In this document: positions 8,377-16,566 of the stretch, piece after piece
How the letters are laid out: each line of letters begins with the position of its first letter
Position numbering within the stretch: position 1 is the first letter of the stretch
NCBI GenBank assembly: GCA_038888155.1
Contig: JAWAJB010000019.1
Location: 1-16,566 of the forward strand
Direction of reading: 5' to 3'
From: Desulfurococcaceae archaeon
GTDB taxonomy: Archaea; Thermoproteota; Thermoprotei_A; Sulfolobales; Desulfurococcaceae
Length of the DNA: 16,566 bases
Position numbers and translations under genes: made by a program
Notes under the pieces: generated by a model
The model's database searches: none
What the model was told of the DNA's origin: nothing
The model's input: the letters and a program-made list of their open reading frames with translations, nothing else

Positions 8377-8750
8377 GAGTAGGTAACTAAAGGGCTGACT
8401 CGATACCTATTATATATCTAACATATTGTCTCTAGCTACTTTCGTCCGTAGTAAAAAAAGCAAGCAGTGTAAATATCTAAAAAAGAGAAAACATCACTCC
8501 CGACACTTACAGCTTTGTGAGTTCGCTTGAAACCTCAGATCCTTTTCGAAAGAAATCGCTAATCCTAGCATACCATGAACTTTCAAGCCTACCATAAGCA
8601 GTCTTCTGAGAATCCATGACTTAAGCATCTTGCTTCCAAGAAAATTGTCTCGATTCTAGTTGAAAGGCTTGCTCACAGCCATTCCTATTTATCGCACACT
8701 GATTAAAGTAAGGATTGAGCATTGTTAACTAGTAAAAGTTCTTCTTCGGC

Positions 8751-8830
8751 CCTTCAGAGTAGATTGTTTTCTCCATAATTGGTGCTATACTGATTAAAGG
8801 GTGGCAATACCATCATCCACTCATCATAAA
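8751..8830 (-). ncRNA. Weak candidate box C/D sRNA
   Basis: Minus strand: ATGATGA (box C, 8827-8821) ... ATGGAGA (C'-like) + 12 nt + CTGA (box D, 8757-8754). No clear D' box and no target recognised. Confidence 0.2.
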
Positions 8831-8893
8831 ACAGGAAGAGAATGGTTATCCCTGTTTAATACAATATATGATCTGGCAAATGTAGTGCCAGCG

Positions 8894-9129
8894 ATGAGTT
8901 GTAGAGTGTGATCATTGTCAAGGAAGTCCACGGCTACTGTCAATCTGCAAAACTGGCGATAAAATCATCGTAGAGAGATTCTACATAAACTTAGGCGAGA
9001 CAGGAGACATCCGTATACACGCGTTTGCAGCAAGGTCAGCGTTACTCTCAGTGTTCCTACATGAGGCATTAGCTAAGAACTCGGATAGACTCAGAAGAAG
9101 ACGTAAGCTACCCCAATGCCCAGACCCAG
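8894..9129 (+). pseudogene. TIGR04076-family protein pseudogene (copy 1), C-terminally truncated
   Basis: Across frameshifts: MSCRV/IIVKEVHGYC/ICKTGDKIIVERFYINLGETGDIRIHAFAARSALLSVFLH...QCPDP; parallels copy 2 at 14927-15230. Confidence 0.8.
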
Positions 9130-9546
9130 AAACTCTAAGTATCTTATAGGTTCTGTAACTTCAATGTTCTCTGCCTTTAAGAACCACTCAAACCCATATT
9201 CTATTTTGCGCTCTCTAGCGGCTGTGAAGTTCAGCTTCAGCATGCGTCACTGAAATACCTAGTTTTACAAATGTTAAAGTGCTAGCCAAAGTACCATTAA
9301 TATCACCGTATATAGTGACGACTTTAGACTTCTCTTTTATGAGAACCTCTTCTATACGCTTAAGCATTTCACCAGCCTGATACTTGTGAGAACCAGAACC
9401 AACATCTAAATCGTATTATGGTTCAGCAAATGTTTATTCTTCAAAGAAAACCTTACTGGGTTCATGGTGAAGATATCGTCCAGTATGAATGTTCAATCAC
9501 TCAGGTACTTTCTTTAATGCTGAGCATACTGAACTCAGTTCATGAA
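9126..9546 (-). pseudogene. wecB: UDP-N-acetylglucosamine 2-epimerase pseudogene (copy 1), heavily decayed
   Basis: Minus strand: IHTGRY...SKVFFEE*..EP*YDLDVGSGSHKYQAGEMLKRIEEVLIKEK..VVTIYGDINGTLA...KLGISVTHAEAELHS, then a large internal deletion, then EYGFEWFLKAENIEVTEPIRYLEFL. Confidence 0.88.
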
Positions 9547-9766
9547 GGCCCTGGAATATTTTTAGTGAAGGCATACTTCTAATAGCAGCTAATTAGCTTA
9601 ATTACTAAAAACCAACTGACTTATGTCAGCTATGCTCATAGGTCAAATAGAAGATAAGGTATGTGAAGATAACATGAGTTTTTAAAAGCATTAATAATCT
9701 TCTCTTAATGTTAGTTAAAGTCCCTGAAGGAATAGCATATAGCTTGTCTTTGATGAAGTTTTACTA

Positions 9767-11416
9767 TTACTCATAAAGAGAAGATAGAGACCTTGAGAAA
9801 AGCTTCCGCTTTAGGATTTCTAATGTTAGTAAAGTGATGTAAGCAGTGGGGTCTTTAATTTTACTTTCAACCAGCAATGTATTTTCTCCTCTTGAGCATG
9901 ATAGTTTATAATAGAGTTTAGGAAAATATACATCAAAACCGCATGGATTCTTCACAAAAGAATTTCTTTTTGCTACTACTAAGAGTGCCTTTTTAAGAAG
10001 ATTATGTATATTTATATATCTCGAAGTAAGTAAGGGGATAATTTTACTTTTCATAATCCTTGTAATATCAGATGAAATATCTAATTGTGAGAAAACATTT
10101 TTCTCGAGAAAGTCTAGATAAAATTTTTGATATTTTTTAAATTTAAGAGATAAAGACGCAAAGAACGAGACTATTCTTTTATCCCAAAGTGGAAAAAGAT
10201 GACCGTAACCCAACAATGTATATGGCAACCTTGCACTCGCAATAAATTTATACTGTCTCTCTCTCCAATTAAACATTTCAACTAGCTCGTAGATTTTCGG
10301 TTTATGATCGGGATTGTAGTGCTTGACTTCAGCATACAGTTTGCTTAAGTATCTTGTTAAAGTTTCCCTGAGTTCTATTGGATAAAGGGAAAAACATGTA
10401 TGATGACTCTCAAGTATTGCTTGTGCCGCCTCAGCAAGATTGCTTGCCACTACTGATTTTGGAAGCAATTGTTTCCCAGACAAAAAATCTCCTGTATCTC
10501 CAGGGACAAACACCACATCTTTATGAAGCGCGAATTCTTTTTGGAAAATCTTATCAAATTTAATGGTTGAAATAAGCTCCTGAATATTCGGCGTTCTGAA
10601 CAACTGGCTGTTCTTAAATAAGTATTCGGGTAAAATATTGCAAACATAATTCCAATCTTCATCAGTATATTCAATGAGCATATGATGTAAACCTAGTTTT
10701 TTGGCTATGGCCTTAGCTATAGGGAACTCATAGCTGTATTTAGCACCATAGGTTAAAGCTATTGGCCGATTTTTCATTAAAAAGAGCATAGATAATATAA
10801 ACCTTGAATCATATCCTGCTGACAACGGTACTATAACAATCTTGTTACGAAGTATTTCGGCACATTCTCTGAACACCTCCTTAATTATATGCCAAAATAG
10901 TTCTTCAGCTAACTCTTGGTCATCTAAAACATCTCCTAAAGGCATATAAACAAATGTTGTCTGGACCTCGCATCTATTGTCTTGACAAATTAATTTTTTA
11001 CCTGCCTCCAGCAAATATATTCCGTTAACTAGAGTGTTCCGACCTAGTACATTCTTTAATTCTCTAAACTCCAAAAAGCTATTTGGGCTTCCTTCAATAT
11101 CGTCATCATAAACAAGGACATAGATATCATCTGAGAGCAAAAAAGTTCCATTTCTTTTTATGGTATAGAATAGAGGCTGAGGATTGAATAAACCTGCGAA
11201 CGCTTCAAGATAATCATCTTTAACAATCACGTACGGAAGTCCGCTTCTGAATATATACCTTTCAGCATCATAGAAATCGTGTAGTGCAATATAAAATCCT
11301 TGTGGAATATACAGTTTCCCGTTTCTATTCTGCTTCAGAAGTATATAGCGTGTTAGTAAGACCTTTACTGCCTTAACTGAGTCCGTAAAGTTGGAGTCGT
11401 CCACGATCTTATCCAT
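9767..11416 (-). CDS. Asparagine-synthase-like (PP-loop) ATP-dependent amide ligase, polysaccharide-locus type
   Basis: PP-loop VPLSAGYDSR, TYG, PGDTGDFLSG, FNWRERQYKFI, PLWD; degenerate Ntn-like N-terminal region (PLFY, LSDD) with no N-terminal Cys; AGAGGT immediately before the ATG. Confidence 0.85.
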   Translation of the reverse strand: MDKIVDDSNFTDSVKAVKVLLTRYILLKQNRNGKLYIPQGFYIALHDFYDAERYIFRSGLPYVIVKDDYLEAFAGLFNPQPLFYTIKRNGTFLLSDDIYVLVYDDDIEGSPNSFLEFRELKNVLGRNTLVNGIYLLEAGKKLICQDNRCEVQTTFVYMPLGDVLDDQELAEELFWHIIKEVFRECAEILRNKIVIVPLSAGYDSRFILSMLFLMKNRPIALTYGAKYSYEFPIAKAIAKKLGLHHMLIEYTDEDWNYVCNILPEYLFKNSQLFRTPNIQELISTIKFDKIFQKEFALHKDVVFVPGDTGDFLSGKQLLPKSVVASNLAEAAQAILESHHTCFSLYPIELRETLTRYLSKLYAEVKHYNPDHKPKIYELVEMFNWRERQYKFIASARLPYTLLGYGHLFPLWDKRIVSFFASLSLKFKKYQKFYLDFLEKNVFSQLDISSDITRIMKSKIIPLLTSRYINIHNLLKKALLVVAKRNSFVKNPCGFDVYFPKLYYKLSCSRGENTLLVESKIKDPTAYITLLTLEILKRKLFSRSLSSLYE

Positions 11417-11531
11417 ACCTCTAATTCACATATCGATTAGATGAAAGGTATTATTTTTAATTTTTCTATTGAGTTCGCTAAACTAAAACTCGTACTATTT
11501 TCTCGTTAGACTCTTCAATTTATACTTCATA

Positions 11532-11560
11532 TCTAGGGAATTTCACAGAAATTTTCTAGA
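11532..11560. repeat. 13-bp imperfect inverted repeat in the divergent intergenic region
   Basis: TCTAGGGAATTTC-ACA-GAAATTTTCTAGA: 11 Watson-Crick pairs plus 2 G-U pairs on the + strand. Confidence 0.5.
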
Positions 11561-11667
11561 GACATAGGATTTCGTTTTCACTCTTCCAGAAACTGATCAG
11601 TTGAGTAATGTAAGAATCAGAGCGGCTATACTATGTCTTTTTAATTTTTAGATTACTAGAAGTACCT

Positions 11668-11675
11668 TTTTATAT
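11668..11675 (+). promoter_or_regulatory. TATA box for FkbM gene, probably leaderless
   Basis: TTTTATAT ending 23 nt before ATG 11699; no SD motif. Confidence 0.55.
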
Positions 11676-11698
11676 GGCAACGATTTTGGAGTCTTAGA

Positions 11699-12517
11699 AT
11701 GATAAAGCAGAAAATACTGAATATCGTTATGCTTATTCGTCAAATATGTGAGTGTGTCAGAACTTTTGGATTTTATTACACATTACGTTTATCAATCATA
11801 ATATTAACTCAATTATTGCCTATAACCGCTAAGAATTCAAGGTTTAAGATCGCCAGATACCGTTGCTCCTGCGGTTACATCTTTTTCGCTTATTATTCTG
11901 ATTGGTGGCGTTTCATAAAACATTTTGAGCCAAAGACCATCACCTTTTTAAGATCAGTGGTTGATAATGATAAAATTGTCATAGATATTGGCGCACATAT
12001 AGGATTACATGCGATACACTTAGCAAAAAAGGCTAAACTAGTAATATGTCTGGAGCCTGAGCCAAATAATTATAGGCTATTGAAAATAAACGTGAAAATG
12101 AACAAATTGGATAATATCATAGTGTTACCCATTGCAGCCTCAAATAAGGATGACTATGTGATTCTATATTTAAGTGAGCGCAGTAGCGGTGCTCATACAT
12201 TGGAATATTCTCGTTCCAATTTAATTCAGTCTAGAAAAAATCTACGCGTATTATCAAGAAAAGTGGACACATTATTAGAACAGCTAGGAATAAGAAACGT
12301 GGATATAGTTAAGATTGATGTGGAGGGACATGAAGAAAAAGTGATTGAGGGGATGATAGAGCTTTTAAAGAGGGGATATCCGAAAGTGTTCGTAGTTGAA
12401 ACAATGAAAGGGTCTAATCTATTGACATATCTATGCTCTAGATATGGTTACAGAATTACGTCAGTGCTTGAATGCTGGAATAACTCCTGCAACTACGCAT
12501 TAACTTTACAAAATTAA
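11699..12517 (+). CDS. FkbM-family SAM-dependent methyltransferase
   Basis: IDIGAHIGLH (motif I), EPEP.N...L..N, KIDVEGHE..VIEG. Confidence 0.93.
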   Translation: MIKQKILNIVMLIRQICECVRTFGFYYTLRLSIIILTQLLPITAKNSRFKIARYRCSCGYIFFAYYSDWWRFIKHFEPKTITFLRSVVDNDKIVIDIGAHIGLHAIHLAKKAKLVICLEPEPNNYRLLKINVKMNKLDNIIVLPIAASNKDDYVILYLSERSSGAHTLEYSRSNLIQSRKNLRVLSRKVDTLLEQLGIRNVDIVKIDVEGHEEKVIEGMIELLKRGYPKVFVVETMKGSNLLTYLCSRYGYRITSVLECWNNSCNYALTLQN

Positions 12518-12635
12518 TTTAGATACTACATAATAAAATGAGAGAAGGTTGGTTGACAGTTATCAGGGGCTAATTTACGCAACTTAAACTTTTAACTTCT
12601 TTTACTAAGGATTAAGTAGATAGAGTGTAGTTGGC

Positions 12636-13936
12636 TTGTCTGAAGAATTGTGTGTTATTGGGCTGGGTTACATAGGTCTTCCCACCGCTGTTATTTTTGC
12701 TAATAATGGGTTTGAAGTTATGGGCGTTGACGTCGATGACTCTAAAGTTGCAATGGTTAATAATGGTAGATCTTACCTTAAGGAACTTAGTCTGACGATC
12801 TTCTTAAAAAGGTTGTCCTCGAAGAAAAGCTTAGAGCTACCACTAATATTGATAAGGCTCTAGAGCGATGTAATATCTTTTTGATTGACATCCCTACACC
12901 TGTAAAGACTGCTATTGTCGATTTGAGTTATGTTGTTAATGTCTCTAAGATTATTGCTAGAAGGTTGCGTAGGAATGTGCTTGTGGTTATTGAATCTACG
13001 GTGCCTCCTGGCACGACTAACGGCTTTGTCAGGAATATACTAGAGGAAAGTTCAGGACTAAGAGCCGATGATGATTTTTACCTTGCACATGTTCCGGAGC
13101 AAATAGCATCAGGTAGGGCTATTAAAGAGCTACTTAACGTTCCTAGGATTGTTGGTGAAGTAGGATCTCATTCAACCGATAAAGCTTTAGAGATTTACGG
13201 AAAGATTAATCCTAACCTGTTACTAACAGATGCTACTACGGCTGAATTCGTCAAGCTTATTGAAAATACTTTTCGTGATTAAACATAACTTTTGCTAATC
13301 TAATCGCACTAATTGCTGAGACGCTTGGCATAGATATCTACGAAGCTATTAGATTAGCCAATACTCATCCTAGGGTAAATATACATTGGCCTGAGGCAGG
13401 TGTTGGAGGACCATGTTTAACTAAGGATCTGTATATGCTTGTCTCTCTAATATCAAAGTTTTGAGGCGCTGAGCTTATAAAGATTGCGAGGAGAATCAAC
13501 AAATACATGTCATACCATGTAGTCAGAATAGTTGAGAAAGCACTTAGATTCGAAGGATTAGATCCAACTTCTTCAAAGATAGCTGTCCTTGGAGTAGCCT
13601 ACAAAGAAGGTATTGACGATACTCGAGAGTCTCCGGCTAAGATAATAGTCCATGAGCTCGTTAAAAAAGCAGAGAGGTGTAGTCCATGATCCATATACGC
13701 ATGAGAGCTTTGAAGCTAGATACTCTGAGAACGTGGAGGAAGTAGTTAAAGATTCTGACGTGATGGTGGTGGTTACAGACCACCCTGAGTTTAAAGCACT
13801 TAATTTAAATGACCTTGGAAAACTTATGAGAAATAAGATAATCGTAGATTGTAGGAAGGTTTTCAAGCCTTATCAAGCAATAGTTGCCGGCTTTAAGTAC
13901 TATGGAGTAGGGTATGGTAAAGCGTGGAAGATATGA
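12636..13936 (+). pseudogene. wecC: UDP-N-acetyl-D-mannosamine dehydrogenase-like nucleotide-sugar dehydrogenase pseudogene
   Basis: GLGYIGLP, PTP, ESTVPPGTT, AEFVKLIENTFRD, GVGGPCLTKD, LGVAYK...DTRESP, TDH..F, D.R motifs split by frameshifts near 12793, 13280 and 13670-13678 and an in-frame TGA at 13462-13464. Confidence 0.9.
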
Positions 13937-13942
13937 AAAGAT

Positions 13943-14930
13943 ATGAATATTCTAGTATTCACAGGGACAAGACTGGAGATAATAAAGATGGCTCCAGTCA
14001 TTAAAAAGCCTGAGGATAAAGGGCTAGAATTCATTTATGTTCATACCGGTCAACATTATGATTATGATATGAGTAGAAGGTTTATTGAGGAGCTTGGATT
14101 ACCAAACCTACACCTAGAGTTCAAACTAGAAAATGATTCTCCTGCCGAACAAATAGGAGAAACAATGATTAAAATAGAAAAAGCTTTAGAATCACCCAGG
14201 AGGAAACCAAGAGTGTCACTAGTACAAGGAGATACAAATAGTGTATTGGCAGCGGCTCTTACATCACTTAGGCTGAGGATAAGGCTTGGGCACATGGAGG
14301 CTGGTTTAAGAAGCTATGACTGGAGAATGCCGGAGGAACACAATAGGAGAATGGTTGACCACATATCAGATTACTTATTTGCACCCACAGAACTAGCAAA
14401 GAAAAATCTAGAAGAGGAAAAAGTACTAGGACAAGTATATGTTATAGGCAATACAGTGATAGAGGCTCTTGAAATGTTCTCCGAGAAAGTTGTAGAGACG
14501 GAAACAAAGATATTAGAGCATGTAAAATCCGATAATTACATTTCAGTTACATTCCATCGTGCTGAAAATGTCGATGATCCGAAGAATTTGAAGAACTTCG
14601 TTGAAATACTGAGGAGGATAACTCTTCCAGTGGTTTATCCAATACACCCTAGAACGCTCAGAAGACTCGAGGAGCACAGCCTTCTTAATACGTTAAAAAA
14701 CATGAGACATGTTCAGATTATGCCCCCCGGGATACTTTGAATTTCTGGCTCTTCTCAAAAATGCAGTGCTAATAATTGCACGAATAGTGGGTTTAAACCC
14801 AAAGGTTGTCTTAGCCGAACTCGAGAGAATAATATCCTCCCAACCGGAGCTATCCATTGAATCGCCCTTCGGAGATGGAAAGGCATCTGAGAGAATAGTG
14901 GGTGTACTTGAGAAAGAATTACTACTTTAA
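13943..14930 (+). pseudogene. wecB: UDP-N-acetylglucosamine 2-epimerase (non-hydrolysing) pseudogene (copy 2)
   Basis: GTRLE (usually GTRPE), HTGQHYD, VQGDTNS, HMEAGLRS, MPEEHNR, GNTV, TFHRAEN, PIHPRT, PFGDGKASERI; frameshift at C6G3 (~14723-14731); the TDSGG..QEE...ERPE block is missing near 14775. Confidence 0.9.
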
Positions 14931-15230
14931 GGTATTTTCTCTCTTCTTAACTCAAATATAATAGTGCCACCGGTAGTATAGGGTTTTCCAGGATCAGGGC
15001 ATTGAAGATACCCTATATCGTCTTCTTCACCTATACCTATTTCACGGGCTGAGAATCTTTTAAAAAAAAGCTGAGAGTAGACATCGCTATCAAAGCATGG
15101 GGATGTATTCGTATTATGTCGGCATACAACGTAAAATCTTTCAAACTATAAATTTATCGCCAGGATTATAGCCCACAGCACAGCAACCTTTGACTTCTTT
15201 CACTATAATTCTAACCCTATAATTAGGCAT
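14927..15230 (-). pseudogene. TIGR04076-family protein pseudogene (copy 2), full length but frameshifted
   Basis: ATG 15230: MPNYRVRIIVKEVKGCCAVGYNPGDKFIV / ERFYV / HALIAMSTL / FSAREIGIGEEDDIGYLQCPDPGKPYTTGGTIIFELRREKIP*; its stop overlaps the wecB stop in TTAA (14927-14930). Confidence 0.85.
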
Positions 15231-15945
15231 AGATATCGCCATAACAATTCTCAAACAATAGTATCTAATTAAGGTATTCAAGATCATTAGGAATAATGAT
15301 ATTGTATCAAACTTTTTCTGATGAGCGCCCATATAGTTTAACCATAAGAGGTAATACCTTATCGCAAAACCGTATGGTATAACCCTATTACTTATCAAGG
15401 TGCAAACTAGTAAAGATAGAGAATTAATACCAAAAGACTCTAGAATAAACTGAAATGTTGAAATGTGCAAAACGCTGGAGAGATGCTATCATTTTGGGGG
15501 TTGAGGCTCTTGTAGGGTCGTATTTGATGTAAAGGGGAATAATGTTTTTGTCATTGCTAATGAATGCTAGAAACTGTTTCCGTGGTATATTTGGAGAACA
15601 TTGTTTAAGCCTCCTAGTTAGCAGAGGGCTGAGGATTTATGAGGGAGCCATTATTGAGCGCAACATAGGGGTAGCTATATCCGATTATGAGGGCAGACAT
15701 GTTAGGCTTTATAAATATTGCAAGACCAAGGATGCAATGGTACAAGAATTATAGTTCTCGAAACTTTGGATGTCATGTAGATCTCTTCCTAGACAATTAA
15801 GACCTTACAAGCTCTCAGTGATCCAGCTCCTTTAGACGGTATTTTTCAGTACTACGCTACCTGACGACCAATATTGAGACTTGAGATTGTTTAATAAACA
15901 TTATAATAGAAATGGTTTTAGATTGGAGAAGATGAGAATATAGTA

Positions 15946-16566
15946 TTGACGCGGCCGGCTAAAAGGCTATACGATGTTGCTGAAGAATCTGTTAGAGGTG
16001 TCTTAGCCTTATTTACTGGTGATGTTCTTTCGACGATTATACTAGCTATTGGATCTATTTTAATAGCTAGATTTCTTGGTCCCGAGGGTTATGGACTCTA
16101 CTCGCTCTCATTAGTCATACCGACAATCATGTTGTCATTGATTGCTTTAGGAATAGATCATGCAGTGATACGTTTTCCCGCAAAGCTTAAAGCTGAAGGT
16201 AGATTGGGCCAGATTCCAATTTTGCTGAAATCGGCGATAGCATTTAGATTTATTAGTGGCCTTGTGATGTGGCTTATATGTTTCCTCCTTTCAGACATCT
16301 TGGCGACATACATCTTGAATAGACCTGAGATAGGATTCTATATCAAGATCTCGTCGTTCCTGATAATTGTACAATCAATTTCCACATTATTCTATAGTAT
16401 CTTTATCGGGCTAGGTGTTTCTGAAAGAGGGGCCATGGTTAAAGTTCTCATGTCTATTATCAAGTCTACTTTAGCGCCAGCATTGATCATAATAGGTTTA
16501 GGTATTACTGGTGCGGTTACCGCTCACGTTCTAAGCTACTTTGCCGCATGTCTGGCTGGGACAATT
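15946..16566 (+). CDS. Oligosaccharide flippase (Wzx/RfbX, MOP superfamily), 3'-truncated by the window edge
   Basis: Open frame from TTG 15946 to the end of the window: MTRPAKRLYDVAEESVRGVLALFTGDVLSTIILAIGSILIARFLGPEGYGLYSL...; the ARxLGPxxYG motif is typical of flippases. Absent from the ORF track because it has no stop in the window. Confidence 0.92.
   Translation, partial: MTRPAKRLYDVAEESVRGVLALFTGDVLSTIILAIGSILIARFLGPEGYGLYSLSLVIPTIMLSLIALGIDHAVIRFPAKLKAEGRLGQIPILLKSAIAFRFISGLVMWLICFLLSDILATYILNRPEIGFYIKISSFLIIVQSISTLFYSIFIGLGVSERGAMVKVLMSIIKSTLAPALIIIGLGITGAVTAHVLSYFAACLAGTI

Noticed and set aside
8400-8750. Short minus-strand ORFs (36-44 aa) in the gap after the GT4
   Set aside because: No family motif recognised; may be decayed coding DNA but cannot be assigned.
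10378-10674. ORFs 10378..10563 (+) and 10450..10674 (-)
   Set aside because: Nested within the AsnB-like gene in other frames.
12549-12564. TTGACAGT similar to the IS6 terminal repeat (also ACTGTCAA at ~8936)
   Set aside because: Only about 8 nt match and no transposase sequence nearby; the 8936 match lies within the TIGR04076 relic.
13462-13464. In-frame TGA in wecC as selenocysteine or recoding
   Set aside because: Not at the catalytic Cys (PCLTKD is intact), and the gene also has three frameshifts; a nonsense mutation is simpler.
13573-14295. Minus-strand ORFs 13573..13866 and 14062..14295
   Set aside because: Shadows of the wecC and wecB pseudogenes.
14723-14731. C6G3 tract at the wecB frameshift as phase variation or programmed frameshifting
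   Set aside because: Restoring the frame would still leave the DSGG/ERPE block deleted, and partner wecC has several independent lesions.
15231-15754. N-terminal extension of ORF 15141..15470 and ORF 15542..15754 as real genes
   Set aside because: TIGR04076 similarity starts only at ATG 15230; neither stretch shows a recognisable motif.
1-16566. CRISPR array, tRNA or rRNA genes
   Set aside because: No regularly spaced direct repeats or tRNA/rRNA signatures were seen by eye in the intergenic regions.

Overview
Archaeal (TACK/Thermoproteota-like, judged from TATA-box promoters and gene families) AT-rich surface-glycan/glycosylation locus undergoing heavy turnover. Intact genes: a 5'-truncated membrane protein, a small 2-TM protein resembling eukaryotic DPM2, a basic hypothetical protein, a DPM1-like GT2, two GT4 glycosyltransferases, a GT-C-like multi-pass membrane protein, an AsnB-like ATP-dependent amide ligase without the N-terminal Cys, a FkbM methyltransferase and a 3'-truncated Wzx-type flippase missed by the ORF track. 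Reading across frames shows many relics absent from or fragmented in the ORF track: two pieces of a second GT2 flanking a GT4, a GT4 pseudogene broken by a truncated IS6 element, dead wecC and wecB genes, and two divergent convergent wecB/TIGR04076-family pairs in mirror orientation. Most notable: (i) a possible archaeal DPM2-like/DPM1-like/GT-C dolichol-phosphate-sugar module, (ii) the repeated wecB-TIGR04076 linkage ending two head-to-head cassettes. All family assignments are by motif recognition from memory; no searches were run.
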